A stretch of 64,000 nt of DNA from Minisyncoccota bacterium (GTDB lineage Bacteria; Patescibacteriota; Minisyncoccia; Phycocordibacterales; UBA9973): contig JAQULK010000001.1 of the NCBI GenBank assembly GCA_028718635.1, forward strand, positions 152,626 to 216,625. The letters are read 5' to 3'. The notes beneath the pieces are model-generated. The model was not told the DNA's origin. It saw nothing but the letters and a program-made list of their open reading frames with translations, and ran no database searches. Positions 29,226 through 38,659 of this stretch are shown piece after piece; the first letter of the stretch is position 1; every line of letters starts with the position of its first letter. The translations under genes were made by a program, and so were the position numbers.

Positions 29226-31310
29226 TTAATGCTCTATTTTAGTGGTGATAGTTTTCTTCGTAAATGGTTCGGTATAACCAAACAAATATCGTGCCAAGAA
29301 GATGAGAACGAGGATCAGAACGATTAGCAAGAGCCAGCCGAATAGATTTGTCGGGAAGAATCCAGCCCAGAAAGCGTTTGCTCCGAGGGGTACAACAATT
29401 TCATTTTCTGGATTACTCCAAACTTGTGCGGAAACATTTGCGCTTACTGATTGGTTTTGACCGGAAGGATCAGTGTAGTTCAAAGTTGCAGGGAAATTTA
29501 AGTTCGTTCCAGCAGGAATATTTTCTCGCACTCGAGTCCTGATGGTTACTGTCCCTTTGCCATTTGCTTTGAGTGTTCCTAGATTGAAGATTAAGGTATT
29601 GCCAGAGATAATCGGATTATTTGGATTAGAAGACAGATAATCTACTTCAAAAGGAAGATTTATTTGCAGATTAAGATTGGTAATTGACCCTGTGCCAATA
29701 TTTTGATAACTCACAGTGTAATTAATCTCATCTCCTGGGCGCGGTCTGGTGTTGTCTATGGTAGGAACTATTGGTTGATTGCGATCGATAGAAGAAGTGA
29801 TAAGCACGAGCGAAGTCGGAGTAGGTTTTGGACCAACGGGATTTCGAACACTTATTGTTTCTGAATCAGTAGCAGATCCAAAACTATTGCTACAGGTAAG
29901 GGTATAAGATTTACTACTCGTTAGTGATCCAGTGAAAAAACTTCCCGGACCAATACTTTTTGCTCCTGCCCAGCCGACAGATCCACCGCTTGCATAACAA
30001 GAAGTTGCATTGGTGGTAATCCAGCGAACAGTGGCAGTTCCATTATAAGGAACACTCACTTTATCTGAATAGACTGTTACCGTAGGTTGGTTATTTACAG
30101 CCCTATAGATACAAGGCAATACCCCTCTGTAATTTATAGCGTTAGGGTCTTGGCATACCTGAATATAATTATTGTAGGTACAAGGCAATACTCCCCCATA
30201 ATTATTAGCATTTCTGTCTAAGCAAGTTTGCTGTACTTGATTCACATATACCGTCGCAGAAGCGGTGGCACTCAAGCCGTTCGTTCCGTAACAAGTAATG
30301 CTGTAGGTGGTAGTGACATTTGGCACGACAATTCCAGAACCGGAAGTGGCATTACTGTTCATCCAGTAACCGGAACAGGAAGTAGCATTGGTAGAATACC
30401 AGGTCAAGGTAGAGTTTTGTCCAGATTGGATACTTGAAGGGCTAGCGTACAGAGTAACGGTAGGATTTGCGTTTTGGTATCTGCAAGGCAATGAACCACC
30501 GTAGTTTATCGCATTCGGATCTTGGCAAGTCTGTTGTGCTTGATTCACGTACACAGTAGCTTGTGCTGTAGCGCTCAAGCCGCTGGCGCCGTAACAAGTG
30601 ATACTGTATGTGGTGGTAATATTTGGTACGACAATACCGAAACCATTCGTAGCGGTACTTGAAGTCCAGTATGCGGAACAGGAAGTTGCGTTTGTGGAAT
30701 TCCAGGTCAAATTAGAGTTTTGTCCAGATTGGATAGTCGTCGGATTAGCATTCAAGGTAACAGTGGGTTGCTGAACTGGGCAAGGTGCAGTTGTATATGA
30801 TTGACTAGATGGTCCAGAACAATAGGCTCCTCCGTTAGCTGGAGCTGGATTAGTACAAGTGCGAGTTTGAGTGCCGGTGTATCCACATTGAGTAGACTGA
30901 GGACTCCAATCACTCCAGCCTCCGTTTATGGGAGTTGGGGTTGGGGTACAAGCGGGAGTGGTAATAGATTTAATACCACCAGTGTTAGTGCCGTAATTAT
31001 TTGTTACTATGAGTTCGAAATAATAGGTGGTACTTGGAGACAGGTTAGCGACAAATTGTTCAATTGGAAAAGTTCCTTCTGTATAAAAATATTTTGTCTC
31101 AGTTACCATTCCTCCACCGTTTTGCACGGTAGTAAAATCTGGACTGTATATAAACCTAGCATAGGCAGGAGGGGTGCCGGTAGTTACGTCACCAACAAAG
31201 GTTGCACTATTGCAAGTCAAAGCGGAAGCCTTAGATGGAATTATAAAAAAGCTAAAGAGTGCAAAGACACTCAATATCAACCCGATCGACAATTTTATTT
31301 TTTTATTCAT
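29226..31310 (-). CDS. Membrane-anchored surface protein with a thrombospondin-1-like motif, tandem Ig-like repeats and a DUF11-like domain
   Basis: NGGWSDWS..C..GTQTRTCTNPAP.NGG..C.G; repeated LTW.STNATSC; PGDEINYTV.Y.N.G; C-terminal TM. Confidence 0.75.
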   Translation of the reverse strand: MNKKIKLSIGLILSVFALFSFFIIPSKASALTCNSATFVGDVTTGTPPAYARFIYSPDFTTVQNGGGMVTETKYFYTEGTFPIEQFVANLSPSTTYYFELIVTNNYGTNTGGIKSITTPACTPTPTPINGGWSDWSPQSTQCGYTGTQTRTCTNPAPANGGAYCSGPSSQSYTTAPCPVQQPTVTLNANPTTIQSGQNSNLTWNSTNATSCSAYWTSSTATNGFGIVVPNITTTYSITCYGASGLSATAQATVYVNQAQQTCQDPNAINYGGSLPCRYQNANPTVTLYASPSSIQSGQNSTLTWYSTNATSCSGYWMNSNATSGSGIVVPNVTTTYSITCYGTNGLSATASATVYVNQVQQTCLDRNANNYGGVLPCTYNNYIQVCQDPNAINYRGVLPCIYRAVNNQPTVTVYSDKVSVPYNGTATVRWITTNATSCYASGGSVGWAGAKSIGPGSFFTGSLTSSKSYTLTCSNSFGSATDSETISVRNPVGPKPTPTSLVLITSSIDRNQPIVPTIDNTRPRPGDEINYTVSYQNIGTGSITNLNLQINLPFEVDYLSSNPNNPIISGNTLIFNLGTLKANGKGTVTIRTRVRENIPAGTNLNFPATLNYTDPSGQNQSVSANVSAQVWSNPENEIVVPLGANAFWAGFFPTNLFGWLLLIVLILVLIFLARYLFGYTEPFTKKTITTKIEH

Positions 31311-31426
31311 GTTGTTTTTGCCTCTTTAGAGGTAGTTATTTTTTTAATTTTAAAGTAAAAATTCGACATTTTTACTTTCCGGAATTATGAATCTTAAACT
31401 AGCACTAATTCATAACTTTGGAAAGT

Positions 31427-31463
31427 AGTGGAGTTTCGTGTGTAAACAAACGAAACTCCACTA
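31427..31463. terminator. Hairpin downstream of the 31510-32325 gene
   Basis: tagtggagtttcgt-N10-acgaaactccacta. Confidence 0.55.
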
Positions 31464-31509
31464 TGATGTTAGCATTCCCAGAAATATAACTTAAGGAATG
31501 CCTAGAAAT

Positions 31510-32325
31510 TTAGCGACCACCGATGGTGTTGGCACCGGGGCCGACTCCTCCTCCGCGGTGTCCGCCACCACCACCTCGGTTGCCACCGCGTTGACCACCG
31601 TTGTTGAAGTTGTTGTTTATAACAACTCTTCCCCCCCTACCTCCTCTTCCGCTTTCTGTGGGGTAGTATACTGGACCGTTGCCCGGATAGTATACTGAAC
31701 CACTATAAGAAGGGGGATTACAGATGGGTCCAGCTGTAAAGCCGATGAACCCAAAAGGTCCTACGTCGACCCCAACACCATGCCTTGCGCATGGGTCCTC
31801 ATACTGTTGAGGTTGTGTTGCCGGTGCCGGTTGTTGTGCCGGCACGTTTACCATGATCACGGTCGGGGTGGTAGACGCTGGCTGGGTCACCACCTGCGAC
31901 TGGGTCATGTTTTGCGCCAGCTTTTGTGCTGGCTGCGAGGTGGGGGTAGCCGGGGGGCCGTAGGAAATCCCGTCTATAGGATTTCCGCAGTCGTCACGGG
32001 CGATGGGTCTTATAAGGACCCCATCTTTGGCTTCCCAGCGCAGGACTGTCCCAATTTCTTGCCCTACCCACTGCCAGCCGGCCGTAGTCAGCATGTGTGC
32101 GCAGAGATCCCTCTCTGTCGGAGCGGCGACTATTGTCGTCCCATTGACAGGATTTTTTCCCTTGAGACCGAAATATTTCGGCTCGTAGGAAGTGAAATCC
32201 TTTGTCGGCAATGAGTTTTCACACTTTGCCTTATCATTTCCGAAAAACCTCTGCTTTTCCGCGTTAGCAAACGCGGAATACAACAGTACGGTAGCCACTA
32301 GTGTGGCTAGGAATAGCTTTTTCAT
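31510..32325 (-). CDS. Secreted hypothetical protein with a Gly/Arg-rich tail
   Basis: Signal peptide MKKLFLAT..; strong SD AAGGAGGT upstream; higher GC than its neighbours. Confidence 0.7.
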   Translation of the reverse strand: MKKLFLATLVATVLLYSAFANAEKQRFFGNDKAKCENSLPTKDFTSYEPKYFGLKGKNPVNGTTIVAAPTERDLCAHMLTTAGWQWVGQEIGTVLRWEAKDGVLIRPIARDDCGNPIDGISYGPPATPTSQPAQKLAQNMTQSQVVTQPASTTPTVIMVNVPAQQPAPATQPQQYEDPCARHGVGVDVGPFGFIGFTAGPICNPPSYSGSVYYPGNGPVYYPTESGRGGRGGRVVINNNFNNGGQRGGNRGGGGGHRGGGVGPGANTIGGR

Positions 32326-32518
32326 GGCTATTACCTCCTTTTTTATTAAAAAATTTATAGAACTTGTGAGGGAAATCCCCACTCCTTTTCCACCTAGGAT
32401 TGTATCATACCTTGACAAAAATGTCAATCTGTGAAAACTATCCCAAAACTCCTCTTCATTTTTATAAAAAATTATTAAATTCCTGATTAAGTTTGAATTT
32501 TAAGTAAAAAATACATTT

Positions 32519-32532
32519 GTGCCCTCGGCAGG
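32519..32532 (-). repeat. 14-bp duplicate of the tRNA-Arg(GCG) 3' end (att-like)
   Basis: gtgccctcggcagg at 32519 and at 32644. Confidence 0.75.
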
Positions 32533-32641
32533 GTAATCTTTCCTTACAGGAACAGTATACCTTTTACATTTTTTATAAATAAAAAATAAGTAAAAGCCTT
32601 TCGCTTCCTGCAAGAAGCCAAGAAGTTGGCTTCACTCGTGC

Positions 32642-32716
32642 TGGTGCCCTCGGCAGGAATCGAACCTGCATCACAACTTCCGCAAAGTTGCGTCCTATCC
32701 ATTGAACGACGAAGGC
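32642..32716 (-). tRNA. tRNA-Arg(GCG)
   Basis: Anticodon arm CAACT-TTGCGGA-AGTTG; GGTTCGATTCC; encoded CCA. Confidence 0.9.
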
Positions 32717-32766
32717 ATAATTTCTTTGGTAGTTTTAGATTAACAGTTTTTTGTTTTAAGGTAAAG

Positions 32767-32847
32767 ATGCAACCCCCTAAATCCCCCTTGTCAGGGGGAC
32801 TATAAGAATTTTCCCTCCTTGATAAGGGAGGGCAGGGAGGGTTGTAT
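32767..32847. repeat. Intergenic CCCCCTT..AGGGGG / CCCTCCTT..AAGGGAGGG doublet
   Basis: Same architecture as the uvrA and uvrB inserts. Confidence 0.75.
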
Positions 32848-32849
32848 TT

Positions 32850-33344
32850 CTAAAACCCCAAGGCCTCCATTATTTTTTCTGAAGCATGTTCTTTCATTTC
32901 CACTTCTGGAATATTTTTTGAAAGCATTATGGAGTGAATATCTTCTGCTATTGCTTCAGCTATTGGGATAGAGAGAATAGGCATAAAAGCTCTTTCTGAA
33001 TGAATGAAAAGGATTGGTTTAATACCTGCTTCAGGATGTTCTCCTAATTGAACCCAAAAGGATTTTATATTTTCAAAAGGATAAAGGCGGTTTCTAATGA
33101 TCAAGCCCTTTTGATTTAATTCATAGGTGATCGTATCTGGTTTTTTAATGGCAAAAAATCCGAGCAGGATTCCAGCAAGAATAATTAAAGCTGCAAAAAA
33201 ATAATTTTCAAAAATAATAGAAGCGATGGAGCTTGTCACCACAATGATGCCGAGCGCCCAAAACCAATCCGAGGTTCGATCTTTCTCTTCGTATTCCAAG
33301 GCAGACCAAACTAATTTTTCATCTGATCTTTCGATTATTTCCAT
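32850..33344 (-). CDS. Conserved hypothetical membrane protein (2 TM + soluble domain)
   Basis: WSALEYEEK.R..DWFW followed by two TM helices. Confidence 0.75.
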   Translation of the reverse strand: MEIIERSDEKLVWSALEYEEKDRTSDWFWALGIIVVTSSIASIIFENYFFAALIILAGILLGFFAIKKPDTITYELNQKGLIIRNRLYPFENIKSFWVQLGEHPEAGIKPILFIHSERAFMPILSIPIAEAIAEDIHSIMLSKNIPEVEMKEHASEKIMEALGF

Positions 33345-33463
33345 CCCGTTAGAAGCAGATCGCGATCAACTCGCGTATCTGATATATTAGGTTATTAATT
33401 TTCTCAATACTTGGTTTCATGTTTTTGTTTGTTTTAAAATTGCGATCGCGGCTTCTAACGGGA
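33345..33463 (-). mobile_element. TCCCGTTAGAAG...CTTCTAACGGG element at a start codon, flanked by an ATGGA duplication
   Basis: Closely similar to 59115-59232; tccat at 33340-33344 and 33464-33468. Confidence 0.9.
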
Positions 33464-33530
33464 TCCATAAAGTAATTGTAACATATTTTCGAAAAGTTGT
33501 GTTTTGTCATTCGCAGTATATAATGAAACG

Positions 33531-34973
33531 ATGCAAATCAACACAATTTTAATGAGAATAAGGGCGTTTTTTACCAAAAAGAAGATTATTTGGACAATCG
33601 TTATATTAGTCCTATTGTTTTTGGGCTACCTTATTTTTGGCAAAAAATCTAACACCAGCAACATTCAAACCGTTTTGGTTAAACAGCAAGATATCCAAAA
33701 AACAGTTCTAGCCACCGGACAAGTCGTCAGTTCTACGGATTTAGATTTGAGCTGGCAATCAAGCGGAGTAGTGAAAAAAGTTTTGGTAAAAGAAGGAGAT
33801 GTGGTGCACGCCGGAGAAGTACTAGCAGAACAAGACACGAGCGATCTTGTAGCTCAATTGCACAATGCGCAAGCTGGTTTGGTTTTAGCACAAGAGCGTG
33901 CGTCTTCTTCAAAAAGTAATCTCGCAAACGTAACTGCTGAGCAAAACATCCTCGTCCAAAACGCCCACCGCACTCTCCTAAACTCCACCCTTTCTGTTCT
34001 AACAGTCGGAGACTATAGCGGTTCGGATGCTCCAACAGTTTCCGGAACCTACAGCTGTGATCAAGAAGGAACTTATGACTTAAAAACTTATGGTTCAGCA
34101 GGCGGTGTTTCTGTAAACTACTCTGGGCTAGAACAAGGATCTCTGTTGTTAACCGATATTCCAAGACCTATGGGAAACTGTGGACTCTTTCTATCTTTTG
34201 ATAAAACCAAGACTTTACAATCTGGAGTTGAATTTAAGATAAACATTCCGAACAAAACTGCTACCAATTACAATACCAACTACAATGCTTACCAACTCGC
34301 TTTACAGAATCGAGATACTGCTATTGCGGGGGCGGAGGCAAATGTGGGAGTCACTGATTCTGTAGCTGAAGCGCAAATTGCTCAAGCGCAAGCCAGCGTG
34401 GATAGTATTTTAATAAAAATTCAGAATGCTAAAATTATTGCTCCTACGAGCGGTACGATTACCCAGGTGGATATAAAAGTTGGGGAATTGGCGCAGGCCT
34501 CAAAAGAAGCGCTAAAATTATTAAATGTCGGAGAATTGCATGCCGAAGCTTTGGTTAGTGAAGCTGACATTGCCTCTGTCGCCGTAGGTCAATCAATCGA
34601 CAATACTTTTGATGCGCTTGGTCCGGATAAACATTTTACAACCAAAGTGCTTACAGTGAATCCTGCCTCCACTGTTATTTCTGGCGTAGTCAATTACAAA
34701 GTGACTGGTAGTTTGGAAAAAATTCCTGAGATCAAGCCTGGCATGACCGACAACATGACGATAACCGTGGCGGAAAAGAAAAATGTATTAGTGATTCCAA
34801 ACAGCGCGATCATAAACAAAGACAACAAGCGCATTGTAAGAGTGATCAATGATCCGAAAACGAAAACTTACACCGAAGTGCCGGTGGAAACAGGACTCGA
34901 AGCAGATGGTGGGCTGACAGAGATTATGTCTGGGCTCAGCCTAGGGCAGGAGGTGGTAACTTTTATTAAATAG
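33531..34973 (+). CDS. MacA-like periplasmic adaptor
   Basis: N-terminal TM, lipoyl halves (VKEGD, IIAPTSGTI), SEADI, IKPGMT. Confidence 0.88.
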   Translation: MQINTILMRIRAFFTKKKIIWTIVILVLLFLGYLIFGKKSNTSNIQTVLVKQQDIQKTVLATGQVVSSTDLDLSWQSSGVVKKVLVKEGDVVHAGEVLAEQDTSDLVAQLHNAQAGLVLAQERASSSKSNLANVTAEQNILVQNAHRTLLNSTLSVLTVGDYSGSDAPTVSGTYSCDQEGTYDLKTYGSAGGVSVNYSGLEQGSLLLTDIPRPMGNCGLFLSFDKTKTLQSGVEFKINIPNKTATNYNTNYNAYQLALQNRDTAIAGAEANVGVTDSVAEAQIAQAQASVDSILIKIQNAKIIAPTSGTITQVDIKVGELAQASKEALKLLNVGELHAEALVSEADIASVAVGQSIDNTFDALGPDKHFTTKVLTVNPASTVISGVVNYKVTGSLEKIPEIKPGMTDNMTITVAEKKNVLVIPNSAIINKDNKRIVRVINDPKTKTYTEVPVETGLEADGGLTEIMSGLSLGQEVVTFIK

Positions 34974-35006
34974 AATTTTGATTCTTATAATGTTTTTTGC
35001 TTTGTT

Positions 35007-35723
35007 ATGCCTCTGATAAAAATAGAAAATTTAACTAAAGATTATGAGAGCGGAGGAATTGTCACTTCTGTTTTACGAGGAGTGGATTTTGTCATGGAGC
35101 AAGGAGAATTTGTGGCTATTATGGGGCCGTCCGGGTCTGGGAAGTCGACCTTGATGCACATATTGAGTTTTTTAGACAAGCCGACTGCTGGGTCGTACGA
35201 GTTTGAAGGACAGGATACGAAAGATTTTGATAAGGATTATCTCGCCAAACTCCGAAACGAGCGCATTGGATTCGTCTTTCAATCATTCAATCTGCTCGCG
35301 CGCACTACAGTGCTAGATAACGTGAAGTTGCCACTATCCTACAGCAATAAAAAAGATCACGATAGTTTGGCTAAAAAGGCTTTAGCAGACGTGGGTCTTT
35401 CTCATCGTCTTGATTATTTTACTAACCAAATTTCCGGAGGAGAAAAACAGCGTGTCGCCATAGCGAGAGCTTTAGTCTGCGACCCGGCAGTTATTTTTGC
35501 CGATGAGCCGACCGGCAACCTTGATTCAAAATCAGGCAATGCAGTTTTGGAAATTTTACAAAAATTAAATGATAAGGGGCACACTATTATCTTGGTAACT
35601 CACGAGATGGACACGGCGAATCATGCCAAAAGAATAATCTACATCAAAGACGGCATGATTATCGGAGATGAAAAAGTATTAAAGCGAACGATGGCCACTT
35701 CGGACGGAGAATTAAAGAAGTAG
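35007..35723 (+). CDS. MacB-type ABC ATPase
   Basis: [39 protein letters not shown]. Confidence 0.93.
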   Translation: MPLIKIENLTKDYESGGIVTSVLRGVDFVMEQGEFVAIMGPSGSGKSTLMHILSFLDKPTAGSYEFEGQDTKDFDKDYLAKLRNERIGFVFQSFNLLARTTVLDNVKLPLSYSNKKDHDSLAKKALADVGLSHRLDYFTNQISGGEKQRVAIARALVCDPAVIFADEPTGNLDSKSGNAVLEILQKLNDKGHTIILVTHEMDTANHAKRIIYIKDGMIIGDEKVLKRTMATSDGELKK

Positions 35724-35735
35724 CATAAATTTTAC

Positions 35736-37007
35736 ATGAGTTTTTTCCTGACAATTAAAATGACCGTGCGCAGTTTGCTCAGTAGAAAAGGAAGATCTTT
35801 TCTTACTATGCTTGGCATTGTGATCGGAGTGGCGGGGGTGATCATCATCATCTCTCTCGGCGCGGGAGCGCAATCATTAGTGCTTGGCCAAATCAATAAG
35901 CTCGGTTCCAATCTGCTCTCTATCCAACCGGGGAAAAGCGATCCCAAAGGACCGCCAGCGCAAGTTTTTGGCGTTGTCGTTACCACTTTAGTTGAATCTG
36001 ACGCCGAAGCTCTGCGTTCTCCTTCCCAAGTTCCGCATGCGATAGCTATCAATGCTATGGTCCGCGGAGCTGGCACGGTAACTTGGCAAAATAGAAGTAC
36101 GGATACGAGTTTTTTGGGTACAGATTATGGATATGATAAGGTGGTTAATTTTTCAATGAGTTCCGGAGAATTTATTAGTGAGACGGCAAACAAAGCAGGA
36201 ACAAAAGTGGTAGTGCTGGGTTCTAAAGTTGCCGATGCTTTATTTGGAGGTACGGGAGTAGATCCTATTGACCAAGTCATTAAAATTAGAAGTACTTCTC
36301 AGGCGGATGCCGGCGGAGTACCCTTGCGCATAGTTGGAGTTGTCGAAAAAAGAGGCAGTGCTTTTTTTCAAGATCAAGATGATCAGATATTTATCCCGCT
36401 TTCCGTGGCGCAGAGTGAGCTTCTTGGGATTCATTACTTACAAGCGATAAATGTAAAAGTAGATTCGGCAGACAATATCGATCAGACGATAAGCGATATA
36501 ACTTATACTTTAAAACAAAGACATCACATATTGTCAGATGATAATATTGATTTTACTATCAGGGACCAGGCGGCGGCTGCCGATATTTTAAAAACCATTA
36601 CCAGCGCATTGTCTTTATTCCTTACTTCTATGGCGGCTGTTGCTTTGGTCGTGGGTGGTATTGGAATTTTAAACATAATGCTTGCCACAGTGGCGGAGAG
36701 AACTCGCGAGATAGGGTTGCGCAAAGCAGTGGGTGCCACAAACTCAATGGTCATGAGGCAATTTTTACTTGAAGCGGGAACGTTGACTTTGATCGGCGGA
36801 GTGATCGGCATTATTGTCGGCGTTTTAGTGTCTTACCTGATGGCGCTTTTAATGAAGTATTTGGGTTTTGATTGGGATTTTGTTATTTCGATTACATCTG
36901 TTCTCTTGGCTGTCGGAGTGTCTGTTTTGACTGGAGTTATTTTCGGTTTATATCCATCATTAAAAGCTTCGAGATTAAATCCAATAGATGCATTAAGATA
37001 TGAATAA
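35736..37007 (+). CDS. MacB/FtsX-family permease 1
   Basis: LTMLGIVIGV, ERTREIGLRKAVGA, PIDALRYE. Confidence 0.92.
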   Translation: MSFFLTIKMTVRSLLSRKGRSFLTMLGIVIGVAGVIIIISLGAGAQSLVLGQINKLGSNLLSIQPGKSDPKGPPAQVFGVVVTTLVESDAEALRSPSQVPHAIAINAMVRGAGTVTWQNRSTDTSFLGTDYGYDKVVNFSMSSGEFISETANKAGTKVVVLGSKVADALFGGTGVDPIDQVIKIRSTSQADAGGVPLRIVGVVEKRGSAFFQDQDDQIFIPLSVAQSELLGIHYLQAINVKVDSADNIDQTISDITYTLKQRHHILSDDNIDFTIRDQAAAADILKTITSALSLFLTSMAAVALVVGGIGILNIMLATVAERTREIGLRKAVGATNSMVMRQFLLEAGTLTLIGGVIGIIVGVLVSYLMALLMKYLGFDWDFVISITSVLLAVGVSVLTGVIFGLYPSLKASRLNPIDALRYE

Positions 37008-37122
37008 TCCCGAACGAAATCGCGGACGCATAAAGTAAACAAAATTATGAAATTGATAAAATATATTATAAATAATAAAAAGGACAAACAAGCGTAAGCG
37101 TACGCGTCCTATTTCGTACGGG
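37008..37122 (+). mobile_element. TCCCG...CGGG element between the two permeases, flanked by an ATGAATAA duplication
   Basis: tcccgaacgaaat..ggacgc / gcgtcc..atttcgtacggg; ATGAATAA at 37000-37007 and 37123-37130. Confidence 0.88.
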
Positions 37123-38367
37123 ATGAATAAAGCATTAAGACAATCTATTAAAGCGCTACGAGCCAATAAAGGAAGAACTTTTTTGACGATGCTTGGAATT
37201 ATTATTGGCATTGGAACGGTTGTTTTGGTGCTTTCTGCCGGGGCAGGCTTTCGTTCGTTGATTGATTCCCAAGTCGCAGTGTATGGAAGCAACACTTTGT
37301 TTGTCCAAACCCACATTCCTTCTGCCACAAAACAAAGAAGCGATGCAACGGATGGTCCCGGAGGCGCAATCGTCGGAGTTGTTATTACTAGTTTTAAGCA
37401 AAGAGACTTAGATACTATTAATAAATTGCACAATGTGGCTGGAAGTTATGGTTTTATCACCGGACAAGCCGTTGCGCAATATAGAGACAATAAAAAAAGT
37501 TCTATCTATTATGGAGTCGGGGCGGACAGATTTAATTTTGATAAAACAAAACTTTCTTCCGGAAGATTTTTTTCTAAAGTAGAAGATGCGAGCGGAGCGC
37601 AAGTAGCGATCCTCGGGGCTACCGTCGCCGAAGATCTTTTTGGACAAGATGATCCAATCGGAAAATCTTTTAAACTCGGCGGTTTAAATTTTCAGGCGAT
37701 CGGAGTCTATGCTCCGCAAGGAGCGCTCTCTGAGAGCGATGGTATAGTTTTTATTCCGCTTAATACAGCGCAGAAAAAATTACTTGGTGTAAATTATATC
37801 ACTATCGCAGTGGTGGCTTTGAACGATATGAATGAAGCGGATGCTACCGCCGAGCAAATAAAAATTGCGCTTAGAAACAATCACAATATTACTGATCCAG
37901 CCAAAGATGATTTCATTGTTCAGACACAAGCGCAAGCCTTGGAAACTTTCAACGTTATTTTCGATGGCATAACTTATCTGCTTATCGCTATCGCCGCTAT
38001 CTCTCTTTTGGTGGGAGGCGTTGGTATTATGAACATTATGTACGTCGTGGTCACAGAACGAACAGCAGAAATCGGGCTCAAGAAAGCTCTTGGCGCGCGC
38101 GAGTCGGATATTTTAAAAGAGTTTCTAGTAGAAGCGGTGCTGGTCACTATTGCGGGAGGTCTGATAGGGATAGGCCTCGGATCATTTTTGGGTTTTATTA
38201 TTTCTCTCATTGCCAAAGGAGCAAACCTCGCTTGGACATTTTCCGTGCCGGTCTATGCCATTGTGCTTGCGTTTAGCGTCTCGGCAATAATCGGAATATC
38301 CTTCGGGGTTTTTCCAGCCAAATCAGCCGCCCAAATGGATCCCGTGGAGGCCATGCGATATGAATAA
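37123..38367 (+). CDS. MacB/FtsX-family permease 2
   Basis: LTMLGIIIGI, ERTAEIGLKKALGA, PVEAMRYE. Confidence 0.92.
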   Translation: MNKALRQSIKALRANKGRTFLTMLGIIIGIGTVVLVLSAGAGFRSLIDSQVAVYGSNTLFVQTHIPSATKQRSDATDGPGGAIVGVVITSFKQRDLDTINKLHNVAGSYGFITGQAVAQYRDNKKSSIYYGVGADRFNFDKTKLSSGRFFSKVEDASGAQVAILGATVAEDLFGQDDPIGKSFKLGGLNFQAIGVYAPQGALSESDGIVFIPLNTAQKKLLGVNYITIAVVALNDMNEADATAEQIKIALRNNHNITDPAKDDFIVQTQAQALETFNVIFDGITYLLIAIAAISLLVGGVGIMNIMYVVVTERTAEIGLKKALGARESDILKEFLVEAVLVTIAGGLIGIGLGSFLGFIISLIAKGANLAWTFSVPVYAIVLAFSVSAIIGISFGVFPAKSAAQMDPVEAMRYE

Positions 38368-38376
38368 GTTAGTGAT

Positions 38377-38640
38377 TTAGATTTCTTTATTCAAGCGAGC
38401 GTTGCGATAGAAGAGCAAAATATCTATCGAGACCATTATGCTATTTAGTATGTAAAGATAAATTACTAGATCAAAATTATAAAAAATTTTGTGTAATATT
38501 CCAAATATATAGCCCAAAAGAAGTATAAATAAAAACGTCACACTTTTTCCGTTATTTTTCCTAGAAGTATAGGAACGATAAATAGAAAAAGGCCAAGCAG
38601 AACCAAAACACACCAACATTCCAATTTCAAATATAGACAT
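38377..38640 (-). CDS. Small 3-TM protein (PQ-loop/SemiSWEET-like)
   Basis: FEIGMLVCFG.AWP.SI..S; GKS. Confidence 0.6.
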   Translation of the reverse strand: MSIFEIGMLVCFGSAWPFSIYRSYTSRKNNGKSVTFLFILLLGYIFGILHKIFYNFDLVIYLYILNSIMVSIDILLFYRNARLNKEI

Positions 38641-38659
38641 AGGGTGTATTATAGCATGT

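Noticed and set aside
30801-32214. Long antisense ORFs (185 aa and 144 aa) and similar ones elsewhere
   Set aside because: Shadows of well-supported genes on the opposite strand.
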